Positions 8,614 to 18,072 of a DNA stretch of 40,407 nucleotides are shown here, one piece after another. The number at the start of each line of letters is the position of its first letter. Within the stretch, counting starts at the first letter, position 1. Made by a program: the position numbers and the translations under genes. The stretch lies in the sequence record SRR31156797_3245; one strand, 5' to 3'. Under the pieces are notes generated by a model. That model had not been told where the DNA came from. It did not search any database and saw nothing but the letters and a program-made list of their open reading frames with translations.

Positions 8614-9857
8614 GGCGCCGTCGTTGTCGTCGTACTCGTGGTTGTTGTTGTCGTGGTGGTCGTGGTCGCGGAAACGTCCGTCAGGCTGCTGAAAGTAAGC
8701 TCCGCCTCTCCAATGGCCTCGGTTTTATACTCGATCTCCAATTCATCGATTTCAAACCGCCCCAGATATAAAAATGAAACGAGCAGCCAGTTCAGATCCG
8801 CCGCGCTGGCCGCTTTCCCCACCGCCGAATCCAGATAAATCGTATTTCCCACAGCCCGGGTGATTTTTCGGTAAACCTCGGTTCCATCCGGATAAAACAA
8901 CCGTATGAAGTGCCCCGCCGTATGTTGTGGGCTCCAGTCCGCCGTCCAGTCAATATTCTGAATGGTCAAAGCCGTTGCCGCCGCATCAAAAGCCGCCGTC
9001 ACTATCACGTCGGCCTGAAAGCTCGGAAACCAGAAATCCCCCCATCTCCCCATGGAAGCGTCAAAAAAATCTATGAGTTTCCAAATGTCCGCCCGGCTCC
9101 GCCGCTGCCAGCCCCCCTGCACCCGAACCTTGCTCTCATCCCACCAGGAAGCCGCAATGTCCTTGCCCAAATGCACAAAATTTTCATACGGGTGCTGTAT
9201 TTCCTGCTTAAAATCATTAATCCAATTCGGCCCGGCATTAAAAACACTATACGGCCCATACATCGGCCACGCCGAAGCATCCCCCACGTAATGGGTAATA
9301 TCCCCGTCAAACGATTCCGAAAGATCCACGGTCAGGCTGCCCTTGCCCGCCGTCACCAGGTTTATGGTCTGGATCGTCTTCAGCCGCCCTTGCAGCAAAG
9401 GATAAATCCTTGTATTCTCATCCCACGTCCCGGCCAGGTTCGATTTCAGAGTGATGGAATTCGAAGTCTTCGAATCAATCAGCCCGACTTCATAGTTGTC
9501 CTCATCCGTAAAAAGAATAACCGGCGCCCCGACCTCAAAATTCCGATAATCCGTCTCACCCACGTCAATGTTCGGCTGGCCCGCTACGGCCTGGGAAGTC
9601 AAAACCGTCCTGTCCTGCCAGGCAGGAACCCCCCAAATCTTTTCAAGAGAATTATAAATCCGGCGCTTCAAATAGTTCGACCGGGCTCCGCTCATGGTCT
9701 GCAGCTTGAATTTCAACCCCCGCCTCGGCCACGAAAAAAGCGCCGAACGCTGCTCACCCCCGCTCAGCGTCTTCAAAAAAGAAGTCATCCACCGCCGTTT
9801 GTAAACAACCGGGTCCGACCAATCAGGCTCAATTAATAAGTAATCCTGGGCTATCAT
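8610..9857 (-). CDS. Distal-tail-like structural protein with C-terminal poly-Thr tail
   Basis: Lies between tape measure and hub. GGEQRSAL..PRR and FFDASMGRWGDFWFP motifs. Ends SA-T10-S-T5-AP. Confidence 0.7.
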   Translation of the reverse strand: MIAQDYLLIEPDWSDPVVYKRRWMTSFLKTLSGGEQRSALFSWPRRGLKFKLQTMSGARSNYLKRRIYNSLEKIWGVPAWQDRTVLTSQAVAGQPNIDVGETDYRNFEVGAPVILFTDEDNYEVGLIDSKTSNSITLKSNLAGTWDENTRIYPLLQGRLKTIQTINLVTAGKGSLTVDLSESFDGDITHYVGDASAWPMYGPYSVFNAGPNWINDFKQEIQHPYENFVHLGKDIAASWWDESKVRVQGGWQRRSRADIWKLIDFFDASMGRWGDFWFPSFQADVIVTAAFDAAATALTIQNIDWTADWSPQHTAGHFIRLFYPDGTEVYRKITRAVGNTIYLDSAVGKAASAADLNWLLVSFLYLGRFEIDELEIEYKTEAIGEAELTFSSLTDVSATTTTTTTTTTSTTTTTAP

Positions 9858-12814
9858 CCCTTAAAAATTAACTCCTGGATCTCTTCAATATTGTCACCAA
9901 TCACGGTTATCACCGCCCTCTGCCCCGGAGGTGTGGCCATATACCGGTCAACAAGTCTCGGATCCTGAACAATCAACTGGGTCAGGCTCATACCGCCCTT
10001 ATCCTTGCCCCCGCCTCCGGCGTCCGGCCCAATCAGCCCGCCCATGGCATACCCCGGCCCTGAAGGAACCGGAACCGGAATCGAAGCCGCAAACCCGGAA
10101 AAAAGCTCCCGTGGAATCAGCATCCGGTTCATGGCCTCCATGACCGACAGCCCGTAATACTTCACCGCCGGCACCTGGTGCATGTATTCACCCGAAGTCG
10201 CCGCAATCAGCTTGTCATCCGCCCGCATGTGTGGAGATGTTCCCAAAACCACGCCGCCCGTGGCCAAAGTCTGCACCATAATTTTAGCGATCGCCGCGCC
10301 CCCCTGGATGGCCACCAAAGAAGCCATGGCCGGCCCCAGAATCGGCCCCATTCCCCAGGCCTCGGTAATGCCTTTCTGCACGTTGATAATCGCCTCGGCC
10401 AGGGCGGCCGCCTTGGAAATATAGAAAAACTCTTTCTGTTTTTTCCCGCTCAGCTCGTAAAGGCTCATAAATGCGTCGGCAATCCCGCCGGCCACTTGTT
10501 GAGCGCTCAGCAGCCGGGAAACATAAACCCGCTTTTCCTGGTCCGCCTGCAAATTCTGCCGGGCAATTTCCTTTTGCCTGTAGAATTCATGCATCGTGTC
10601 CAGTTTCCGTTCAAAATCTTCCTCATATTCAAGCTGCTCGGCCAGTTGCTCCCTTCTGCGGTCCCATTCCAGTTCAAACTGCATGTCTTCCGATTTAAAC
10701 TTGCTCTCCCGGGTTCCCAAATTCGCGTTCTCGGCCTTCATTTCAGCAATAATCCCGGAAGCCCGCTTCCGGGCGTCTGCCACTTTTTCCTCGGCCTGCG
10801 CCCGCTGGTTCGTCAGTTGTAAAAGCTCTTCCTGGTGTCTCAAATCCAATTGAAAAAGTTCATCCGATATACTGGCCCGCTCCGCCGGATCCGCGGCCGC
10901 GCCTTTCGACTGCTCCAGGCTCTGCACCTCGGCCTGGTATTGCTGCTCCAAAAGCGCCTTTCTCTGGTCAAAATAGCTCCCAATCGAAACCAAACCCTTG
11001 TCGTACAAACTCTGCAGCTTCGCCAGCTCGGTTCGCACCGTGGCCGAAGCCCTGGCCGAAGCCGATTTAATCCTTTGCAGAAAAAGCTTTTCCGAAGCAT
11101 CCCCGCTCCGGTCCCTGCCCCCGGCAGTGTTCAGAGCGTGCCCTTCAGGCAAGTGAGATTGAAATTTTTCAAGATATTTCCTGCCCCCGCCCCCGGAATA
11201 AGCATCCAGGGCCTTGACAACATTCCCCCCAAACCGCTCAATCAGCTTGGCCAGATACTTCGATCCCGCGTCAATGTTCGTCGCCGCGTCAAATTCCTTC
11301 CCGGCCACTCCCAGCATCTTGGCCGTGCTTGGTATAAGCTGCATCAAACCCTTGGCCTGCACGCCCCCCAGCCTTTTTATCGGCGGTCCCACCGCGCCGG
11401 CATTCCCGCCGGATTCAGTCATGATAACCGCGGCTATTATCGCCGGATCCAGATTATATTTCTTCGCCGCCTTTTCAATCTCGGCCTTGTATTTCTTAAC
11501 CTCATCCGGAACTACCGTTTTGGATCCCCCGGCGCCGGAAGCCGCCGCCGAATACGTCGGAACATAACCCGCCGCAATCTGCAATTTCGACCGCTGGGCC
11601 TTCTCCCACAAAAGTTTCTCGCTAACCTTTTTGCTTTTTTTATCGGCCCTATCCCATAGGTCGCCAAAAATCTTAATTTGTTCAGCAATTTTCGCGCCGT
11701 CATTCAGGAATTGTTTTGTGGTCTCGCTTTGGGTCTTCTTCACGTCTTCCAGCGTGCTCTGCAGGTCCTTAAGCTTATCAATCGCCTTGTCATATAGCCC
11801 CGTGTAAAGCGGGCTTGTTTTCCGCAAAATCTCCAGCAGGGTAATAGTTCCGTTCACAATCAATTTCATCTGGCCGATCACCAGCTCCGCATAAACGGAA
11901 AAAGCCCACTTCACCGCTATCCACGACACCCGAACTAAATTGATTAAATCGATCAATACCTTGACGCCGCTTTTAATGCTTTCCAGGGCCTCAACAACTC
12001 CCTCGCCAAATTCCCTGGCCCAGTCCCCGGCTTCTCCGCTGGAATAAAGCTCCCCCAGCACGTCATTCACAGCCTTGATCTGCGCTTTCAACCAGATGAA
12101 AACCTTGTTGTCCATCACCTTCTTTTTAAAATCCGTCCAGTAGCTGCCCATCGCAACTACCATGCCCTGCCATTTTGTTTGAGCCTTTTTCGCAGCGCCC
12201 CCAAAATCCTTGTCCAGCCCTTTAAAAATCGCCGCTATAATCTCATCAATCGAAACCTTGCTTTTCTGCAACTCCTCAACCGTTTTTCCAAACGCTTCAG
12301 TCAAATACTTCCGGGCGTTTATTCCGGCCTCAGACATCTGGTTCAATTCTTCCGCGCTCAGCTTGCCCAGGGTCTTCATCTGCCCCAGGGCCCGCGCCAC
12401 CCTCGGCATGGCCTCTTCCCCGAAAAGCACGCTCACATCAACCAGGGTCTCCATTTTGGCGATCGTCGGATTCAGCCCCATGGCCGTCATCATGCTGAAG
12501 GTATCCACGGCTTTCTGAGTATTCACGGGCATTTTCATGGCCCAGTCGTTAATTTCCTTCAGCGTCTCCGGCCCTTTGCCCTTGGTCAGAGCGTCCAGCT
12601 TTGTTTCCAGCTGCTCGAACGCGTTCGCCGTCTCTATAAATTCGCCCGCAACCTTGCCCACGCCGATTCCGCCCAGCAGCATGGCAATCTGCCCCTGCAG
12701 GCTCATCACGGACGAACCCATGTCCCGGATCCGCGCGTCAACCGCCCGAATGCCCTTTATGGCCGCTGAATTCTTTACTCTGAAAATAAGCTCGAGTACG
12801 TTCGATTTCCCCAT
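9854..12814 (-). CDS. Tape measure protein with internal lytic transglycosylase (SLT) domain
   Basis: Tape-measure domain (ALGQMKTLGKLSAEELNQMSEAG) and SLT motifs (AAVIMTESGGN, GLMQL, ALDAY). Confidence 0.92.
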   Translation of the reverse strand: MGKSNVLELIFRVKNSAAIKGIRAVDARIRDMGSSVMSLQGQIAMLLGGIGVGKVAGEFIETANAFEQLETKLDALTKGKGPETLKEINDWAMKMPVNTQKAVDTFSMMTAMGLNPTIAKMETLVDVSVLFGEEAMPRVARALGQMKTLGKLSAEELNQMSEAGINARKYLTEAFGKTVEELQKSKVSIDEIIAAIFKGLDKDFGGAAKKAQTKWQGMVVAMGSYWTDFKKKVMDNKVFIWLKAQIKAVNDVLGELYSSGEAGDWAREFGEGVVEALESIKSGVKVLIDLINLVRVSWIAVKWAFSVYAELVIGQMKLIVNGTITLLEILRKTSPLYTGLYDKAIDKLKDLQSTLEDVKKTQSETTKQFLNDGAKIAEQIKIFGDLWDRADKKSKKVSEKLLWEKAQRSKLQIAAGYVPTYSAAASGAGGSKTVVPDEVKKYKAEIEKAAKKYNLDPAIIAAVIMTESGGNAGAVGPPIKRLGGVQAKGLMQLIPSTAKMLGVAGKEFDAATNIDAGSKYLAKLIERFGGNVVKALDAYSGGGGRKYLEKFQSHLPEGHALNTAGGRDRSGDASEKLFLQRIKSASARASATVRTELAKLQSLYDKGLVSIGSYFDQRKALLEQQYQAEVQSLEQSKGAAADPAERASISDELFQLDLRHQEELLQLTNQRAQAEEKVADARKRASGIIAEMKAENANLGTRESKFKSEDMQFELEWDRRREQLAEQLEYEEDFERKLDTMHEFYRQKEIARQNLQADQEKRVYVSRLLSAQQVAGGIADAFMSLYELSGKKQKEFFYISKAAALAEAIINVQKGITEAWGMGPILGPAMASLVAIQGGAAIAKIMVQTLATGGVVLGTSPHMRADDKLIAATSGEYMHQVPAVKYYGLSVMEAMNRMLIPRELFSGFAASIPVPVPSGPGYAMGGLIGPDAGGGGKDKGGMSLTQLIVQDPRLVDRYMATPPGQRAVITVIGDNIEEIQELIFKG

Positions 12815-13185
12815 TATTTGCCCTGGCGCATAATTCCCAAACTCGCCAAAGCCGCGCCCCCGTCGTCCTCATACTCCACTTGCCGGTTTGCCGGCCGGCT
12901 AACCGGCCTCTTCATAAATCGCTCAAAATTGTTTTTATCCGCCCAGTAAGCCGCCCTCACCGCTTCGGCCAGATATTTGGCCTCTAATTCAATCCGCTCT
13001 TGCCAGACTTCCCCGGTCAGCCGGATGCACCGGATGAAGTATCCCCATCCATACTCCCGGATGTCTCCGACTCCATGACCGGCCTGAACAAGGCGACTAA
13101 CTGCGCGTTCAATTCTATCGAGATCGTGTCCTTTATCCCGTCCAGCATCGCCCCCAGGCCCATCTCCCGGGGAACTTCGAAAAAA
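12814..13185 (-). CDS. Tail assembly chaperone C-terminal extension (gpGT-like), probably reached by -1 frameshift
   Basis: ORF in the -1 frame overlapping the chaperone gene, immediately upstream of the tape measure. True 5' boundary uncertain. Confidence 0.55.
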   Translation of the reverse strand, partial: FFRSSPGDGPGGDAGRDKGHDLDRIERAVSRLVQAGHGVGDIREYGWGYFIRCIRLTGEVWQERIELEAKYLAEAVRAAYWADKNNFERFMKRPVSRPANRQVEYEDDGGAALASLGIMRQGK

Positions 13186-13433
13186 TCCGCGTTCACCTCT
13201 TTTATCTTGCGCACCAGTTCCTTTATCTCGCTCGGAAACGCCCCCTTCAATTCCTCCAGCGCCAGGCCCGGGCAAACCTTCGGCCACAAATCCTGTATAA
13301 TGGCAACCAGGTCTTTAATATCCCGGCTCTCCGCGTCCACCTTTGCCGCCTGGTCCCAAACATCCCCCACGGCCAATTCCTGGACCGTCACCTCTTTCCC
13401 GCATATCTCAACTTTAGTCGTCAACCTGCTCAT
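13017..13433 (-). CDS. Tail assembly chaperone (gpG-like)
   Basis: Position upstream of the tape measure, VTVQEL and EVNADFF motifs. Confidence 0.7.
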   Translation of the reverse strand: MSRLTTKVEICGKEVTVQELAVGDVWDQAAKVDAESRDIKDLVAIIQDLWPKVCPGLALEELKGAFPSEIKELVRKIKEVNADFFEVPREMGLGAMLDGIKDTISIELNAQLVALFRPVMESETSGSMDGDTSSGASG

Positions 13434-13450
13434 TTATCACCCTGATATTT

Positions 13451-15082
13451 TTATTCTTCCGTCCACGTTCCCTGTTTTTCTACAATTCCCCATTTACCGG
13501 ATGCAATATCCACCAGTCGTAAATACGCCCCGGCCGCGTCCGCCCCCAAATAATCCCCGGCCGCGCTGGTCGTCACAATCTGGTCCGTCCCGTCCGGGTC
13601 AACCCTCAAATCATAAGTCGCGTCACCGTCAACCAGAAAAAAACCCACATCAGCGCCGCTGCCCGTGGCGGCCGGAAGCACCGCAGCCCGGTTGTCGGTC
13701 AATCCCGCGATTGTCAGCACATAAGTTTTATTGGAATCCCGAACCTCGACGTCAAACCCGGCCGTGGTCAGCGTCTTTGCATCTATCCGCGCCTTCACGC
13801 CCAGGGCCATTGTCCCGTCCGTGCCATATTGCACAGCCTGGTTCGGAACCAAAATCGGATCAATTATGTACCCGCTGGCGTCCGTCTCAATCGTCCCGAT
13901 CCACCGTCCGTGAGTGCTATGATCAAGATATCCGTAATTTGAATTAGGGTCGGTATTCGGCTGGTCCGCCGAAATCGTAACTTCATCGGTCGACAAGGCC
14001 GTCCCGGATCCCGGCGCCTTGGCATATACAAAATATTTTGTGTTGGCAGAGAGAGACTCATTATACCAACCGGAATTAAAACCGGACGGCACGCTGTAGC
14101 TAAAAGAAGATGCGCCGAAATTCGCAGTTCCCGTTCCGCCATTTGTAGAGAACGCTGGATAAATCGTTCCGGAAAGGTTGCTAAACATAGGACTGGATCC
14201 ATTAGCAGGATCCCCGGACCCTTGCCAGACGCCATTCACAGCAATCCAAATCTTTCCAGAATCCAAATCAACGGCTACACTTAAAATGTCAGTTGCGCCA
14301 AATAAAGCAGAACCCCAAGAAGTTACTCCATTATTAGCTTTATAAGCCGCGGTCCCGTTACCGTAGCTCCACCCGTATGAGTCTGCTCCGAGATATTGAC
14401 TTAAATCAGCCGATTCAGTAGCTACCCCCAAATAGATGCTCGTTGATCGGGCATCGATGGTGATTTCAAAATAATGTTTACCAGTCGTCTTGCCGTAAAA
14501 CCCCCGAACAACTCCCCATCCTGACGCAGCGGCAGTTAAATTACCATTGCTTAAACTAATCGATGAAAATTTATCTGAAGGATTCCAAGTTGTGTAAGAG
14601 CCTTGAACAGTCGCGCAATCAACCGTCAACCCGCCCACCGGCACACTGTAAAGCGCCCCGGCAATGGCCACCGTTCCCGGGCCGACAACAATATGGGTGT
14701 TATCGCTCCGGCTGATCGCCAGCCCCGACCTCAGCGCCTTGATATCCGCCGAACTGGCTGAATTCACCCACTTGCTTGTTCCGCTGTCATAAGTCAGGGT
14801 CTGCCCATTCGTCGGGCTCGATATGGTTGTGTCCATCAATTCAGATAAAGTGCTCGACCCGGCGCCGCCCTCAATATAAATTCTCAGCGCCGAACCGCTC
14901 TCCGAAAGCACCGCATTCAGCGCCGCCTGCTCCGACATAACCGCGTTCAGCGCATTCCCGTTTTCGTCAATAAAAACCTTGTTCAAAATCTGTTGTACAC
15001 TGTAATTCCCCGCAAACGCCGGCACGGCCGCAATCGCAATCGCCGCCAGAATCCAAATCAGACTTCCCCTGAATCGTTTCAT
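13451..15082 (-). CDS. SPRY/B30.2-domain fibre-like protein with predicted Sec signal peptide
   Basis: MKRFRGSLIWILAAIAIAAVPAFA N-terminus. LSELMDTTISSPTNGQTLTYD..KWVN fibre repeat. SPRY motifs (LSNGNLTA, GKHYFEI, AVDLDSGKIW, ANFG). Confidence 0.75.
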   Translation of the reverse strand: MKRFRGSLIWILAAIAIAAVPAFAGNYSVQQILNKVFIDENGNALNAVMSEQAALNAVLSESGSALRIYIEGGAGSSTLSELMDTTISSPTNGQTLTYDSGTSKWVNSASSADIKALRSGLAISRSDNTHIVVGPGTVAIAGALYSVPVGGLTVDCATVQGSYTTWNPSDKFSSISLSNGNLTAAASGWGVVRGFYGKTTGKHYFEITIDARSTSIYLGVATESADLSQYLGADSYGWSYGNGTAAYKANNGVTSWGSALFGATDILSVAVDLDSGKIWIAVNGVWQGSGDPANGSSPMFSNLSGTIYPAFSTNGGTGTANFGASSFSYSVPSGFNSGWYNESLSANTKYFVYAKAPGSGTALSTDEVTISADQPNTDPNSNYGYLDHSTHGRWIGTIETDASGYIIDPILVPNQAVQYGTDGTMALGVKARIDAKTLTTAGFDVEVRDSNKTYVLTIAGLTDNRAAVLPAATGSGADVGFFLVDGDATYDLRVDPDGTDQIVTTSAAGDYLGADAAGAYLRLVDIASGKWGIVEKQGTWTEE

Positions 15083-15094
15083 CCCAAACCCCTC

Positions 15095-15120
15095 AAAAGG
15101 CCGGCCCCTCCGGACCGGCC
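15095..15120 (-). terminator. Putative intrinsic terminator after the tail tube gene
   Basis: Minus strand reads GGCCGGTCC-GGAG-GGGCCGGCC-TTTT (9-bp stem with one G-U pair). Confidence 0.55.
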
Positions 15121-15139
15121 CGGCTCAATTAATAATTTC

Positions 15140-15697
15140 TTACGGCGCCGTAGTTGTCGTAGTCGTCGTTGTCGTGGTAGTAGTTGTAGTGAAGGTTACC
15201 AACCCCATCGGGCTTTCCGGATGTCCTGACTGGTCAGCCAAGACCTTGAACTCAAAATCCATTTTCATGTATTCGTTCGAAATCAGCGGGATTTCCCCGG
15301 CCGGTTTGATTTTGCCCCTCCAGAAGTCCCACCTTTTCCGGGTTCCCTTTGGAGGATTCCCACGGAACCGAAGCGCAATTTCCCGGTCCGAAGCCTGTAG
15401 AATAGCCAGTTTGTTGCTTCCGATTCGCGTGGCGCTCAAAAACAATTGCAGGTTGTCAATGTTTATTTCATCCGCCGAAAAAGTAATTTTCACGTTTTTC
15501 TTGACGGTTTGCTCATCGTCCTCAAAATTGAATTGTTCCATCGAACTTTCATGGACAATGGTCTCTTCTTCCGGCGTCACCCCAAATCCCGGACAGTTCC
15601 CGATAGGTTCATACGTCCCTATCACGCCGTTCGTGATGTAGGCAAACTCTACCTTTCCCTTTCCAATTGTATAAAAAGTCGTACTCGGACTTCTCAT
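15140..15697 (-). CDS. Major tail tube protein with C-terminal poly-Thr tail
   Basis: YTIGKGKV..., IGNCPGF and G-x-I-x-LI..EYMKMDFEFKVL siphovirus tube pattern. Ends F-T14-AP. Confidence 0.8.
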   Translation of the reverse strand: MRSPSTTFYTIGKGKVEFAYITNGVIGTYEPIGNCPGFGVTPEEETIVHESSMEQFNFEDDEQTVKKNVKITFSADEINIDNLQLFLSATRIGSNKLAILQASDREIALRFRGNPPKGTRKRWDFWRGKIKPAGEIPLISNEYMKMDFEFKVLADQSGHPESPMGLVTFTTTTTTTTTTTTTTAP

Positions 15698-15700
15698 ATT

Positions 15701-16159
15701 CTATCCTCCCAGCGGAGCTTCAATTTCGTACTCCGCCGTGTAAATACAAACAGATTCTTGCTCAGCTACAAAATAAGGCCTCTCCCCAAGACACCGCACA
15801 AATTCCCGGCTCCCGTTTATTTCAATCGTCCGCCGGTGAAGCAGTCCCCGGGCCATCAAAAGCAAAGGCCTCACGCCCGGCCCGACCGCCGTTCCCCTGG
15901 CTGCGGCATCCGAACCTCGTTCGTCCCGGTCGCCCACAATCAACCCGAATTTCATCTTTCCCATGTCAAGCTGATTCCTGGGCTCCAGGTCCAACCGAAA
16001 CGCAGCCACGTAAATGCACGGAAAAAGTCCCCGCACCTCGGCAACTTCCGCCGCGTCGGATATCTCCCCCGCGTGAGCCGCCAGATTCTTCAAGCTGCTC
16101 TCCATCGGGGCCAGCGCCGCCAAAACAGAATTCTCAATCGCTGTCAGTTCGTGCGTCAA
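15701..16159 (-). CDS. Mu gp37-like (DUF1834) tail terminator/neck protein
   Basis: Follows the gp36-like gene. IENSVLAAL, PCIYV and AARG...GV patterns. Confidence 0.6.
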   Translation of the reverse strand: MTHELTAIENSVLAALAPMESSLKNLAAHAGEISDAAEVAEVRGLFPCIYVAAFRLDLEPRNQLDMGKMKFGLIVGDRDERGSDAAARGTAVGPGVRPLLLMARGLLHRRTIEINGSREFVRCLGERPYFVAEQESVCIYTAEYEIEAPLGG

Positions 16160-16581
16160 AATTTACCAAGCTCCGTGGCCGTAAATTCCTTGTCCCTGGT
16201 GGTCGAAACCGCGCTTTTCCTGCTGCTTGTCGGCTCCGATGGCAAAGGCCGAATCACCAGCTTCCCTTCCGCCAGGTCCTCCAGCATCTTGCCGGCCTTT
16301 TTGCACTTTTCCTTCCATGTCTCGGGTATCTTCGTGTTATTCCTGGCGTAAAGGTTGCAAATCGCAAGATCAACGTTCAAAGACTTCAGGATCGTGGGCG
16401 TCCCGGCCACCGGCACGCTGTAGATTTCCCCCAAAGCCCCGTCAATCTCCGCCGCCGCCGAATCGATAGCCCACCCGGCCACGTCGGCGTCAACGCTCCC
16501 CGAAGCCGTCCCGGCGGTCAATTCCACCAGCCGATCCTCGGGAACCGCCAACGTCAGATCCGCAACCTCACAATACGCCAC
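16156..16581 (-). CDS. Mu gp36-like (DUF1320) head-tail adaptor
   Basis: MAYCEVADL...LVELT...AIDSAAAEIDG...YSVP...DLAICNLY...LEDLAEGKL signature. Confidence 0.85.
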   Translation of the reverse strand: MAYCEVADLTLAVPEDRLVELTAGTASGSVDADVAGWAIDSAAAEIDGALGEIYSVPVAGTPTILKSLNVDLAICNLYARNNTKIPETWKEKCKKAGKMLEDLAEGKLVIRPLPSEPTSSRKSAVSTTRDKEFTATELGKF

Positions 16582-16584
16582 GAT

Positions 16585-17592
16585 CTACACCACTTTGATA
16601 TACATCACGGCCCCGGGCCGCTGTAGCACAGGCAGGGGACGGCCTTCAATTTTTACCCATTGGACCGTTCCCTCGTTGTTCTGCCAGGAATAACTGTAGA
16701 ACATGACCATTTTGTTATTTCCGCTCACGTTACCCACGCCGTTCGGAGCGTTCAAAACCATGATCGGCGCATAAGGCGTGTCCGTCAGATCGGCGCATTC
16801 ACCCACCAGCAGCATGTAATCTTCGCCGATGAATTCTTGGATATCGCCGTCATCGTCCTTGAAATAACCGTCGTATTCGGTTAGTCCAACATTGACGATT
16901 TCTCCCAACTTCGACTTTGTCACCATTTCAAGGCCGTACTGGTTCTTCAACAGCTCCCGCAAGCCCGAATGCGCCAGCAGGGCGTCCATGGCATTGCTGC
17001 CAAGGTAGGCTTCAAACGTGGTTATCGGCGTGCCGGCGTCCCTTTTTATCAGCTTCTTCCATGACCTGATCTTGTTGATCGGATCCGAGCTGGCATCCGT
17101 CCATTTGTCGGCTCCGGTCAACTTCGGCTGATGAGCGGTAGTAACATTGTAATCAACCAGAACCGTGGTCATGTCCTTGTCGTAAATCTTGCCTTTCAAG
17201 GCATTGCAGGCCCAGAACTCCATGGTTCGGTTGCACATGTTCTTCATGTCTTTTTGTTCACGGGCAACTCTGCTCTTGAGCATTTCAGCGCCCAGCCCGC
17301 CAAAGGCCCGGACCGCGTTCAATTCAGACGCCGCGATCGGACGTTTGTGGGCCATTCTCGGAGCTTCCATGGTAATGGTTTTCCGGTCGGTTTTCTCCGT
17401 GACATCAGCATCGGCATAAATGCTCAGATTTCCCAAAACCCCTTCATTCCCGGTTATGATGTCAAAGGCCAGCCGGTCGGTAAATTCCCCGTGTTCTTTC
17501 CCGCGAAAATAGCGGTTATACATCATCATCGGCGCGTCCTGAATGTGGTTCACCGCCGAAGTCAAAACCCTGGTTTTGAATAAATTATCCAT
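16585..17592 (-). CDS. Major capsid protein (lambda gpE-like)
   Basis: 335 aa, RTMEFWACNALKG, KWTDASSDP and C-terminal RPLPVL..P motifs, downstream of the decoration and protease genes. Confidence 0.85.
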   Translation of the reverse strand: MDNLFKTRVLTSAVNHIQDAPMMMYNRYFRGKEHGEFTDRLAFDIITGNEGVLGNLSIYADADVTEKTDRKTITMEAPRMAHKRPIAASELNAVRAFGGLGAEMLKSRVAREQKDMKNMCNRTMEFWACNALKGKIYDKDMTTVLVDYNVTTAHQPKLTGADKWTDASSDPINKIRSWKKLIKRDAGTPITTFEAYLGSNAMDALLAHSGLRELLKNQYGLEMVTKSKLGEIVNVGLTEYDGYFKDDDGDIQEFIGEDYMLLVGECADLTDTPYAPIMVLNAPNGVGNVSGNNKMVMFYSYSWQNNEGTVQWVKIEGRPLPVLQRPGAVMYIKVV

Positions 17593-17616
17593 CTCAATAA
17601 ACCTCCCGTCCGCCGA

Positions 17617-18060
17617 CTACGGCGCAGTCGTAGTAGTTGTTGTCGTCGTGGTCGAAGACGAAGTTGTGGTTGTCGTCGTGGAAACCGCCAGCCATTCCTC
17701 ATCAATGCTTATTCCACGGTCTTCCAGGTTCTGCAGGGCCGTCAATTTATTCTGGGTCGTGATTCCGTCCGGCCAGATCAGATCCTTTTCCCGCACCTTG
17801 CCCAAGGTCAGAATCTGGGCAACCTGCACCGCCGCCGAATCCTCCACGGTTTGAAAAAGAATCGCCCTGGCGTTAGCCGGGCTTCCCGCCTGAAGCTGCT
17901 GCCACTGTCCGGATCCGGCAGACACCATCTCCAGAACAGTTCCCCTTTTCAGGGCGCCGCAACTGGCTTTCAACGTCGCCGGGCGTTTCTGAAACCTGCT
18001 GTTGGCGATAAGAATACTGTCAACCGCTTCCAGGTTAGTCGTTATTCCCAGTAATCCCAT
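17617..18060 (-). CDS. Head decoration protein (gpD-like) with C-terminal poly-Thr/Ser tail
   Basis: LKRGTVL, AIL, G-x-V...LIWPDG and LEDRGI pattern, directly upstream of the capsid gene. Ends VS-T6-SSS-T9-AP. Confidence 0.8.
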   Translation of the reverse strand: MGLLGITTNLEAVDSILIANSRFQKRPATLKASCGALKRGTVLEMVSAGSGQWQQLQAGSPANARAILFQTVEDSAAVQVAQILTLGKVREKDLIWPDGITTQNKLTALQNLEDRGISIDEEWLAVSTTTTTTSSSTTTTTTTTTAP

Positions 18061-18072
18061 GATCGAGACCTC

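Noticed and set aside
3489-17854. Poly-Val plus-strand ORFs (3489-3707, 8365-8838, 15174-15641, 17543-17854) that look like membrane peptides
   Set aside because: They are antisense shadows of the poly-Thr tracts.
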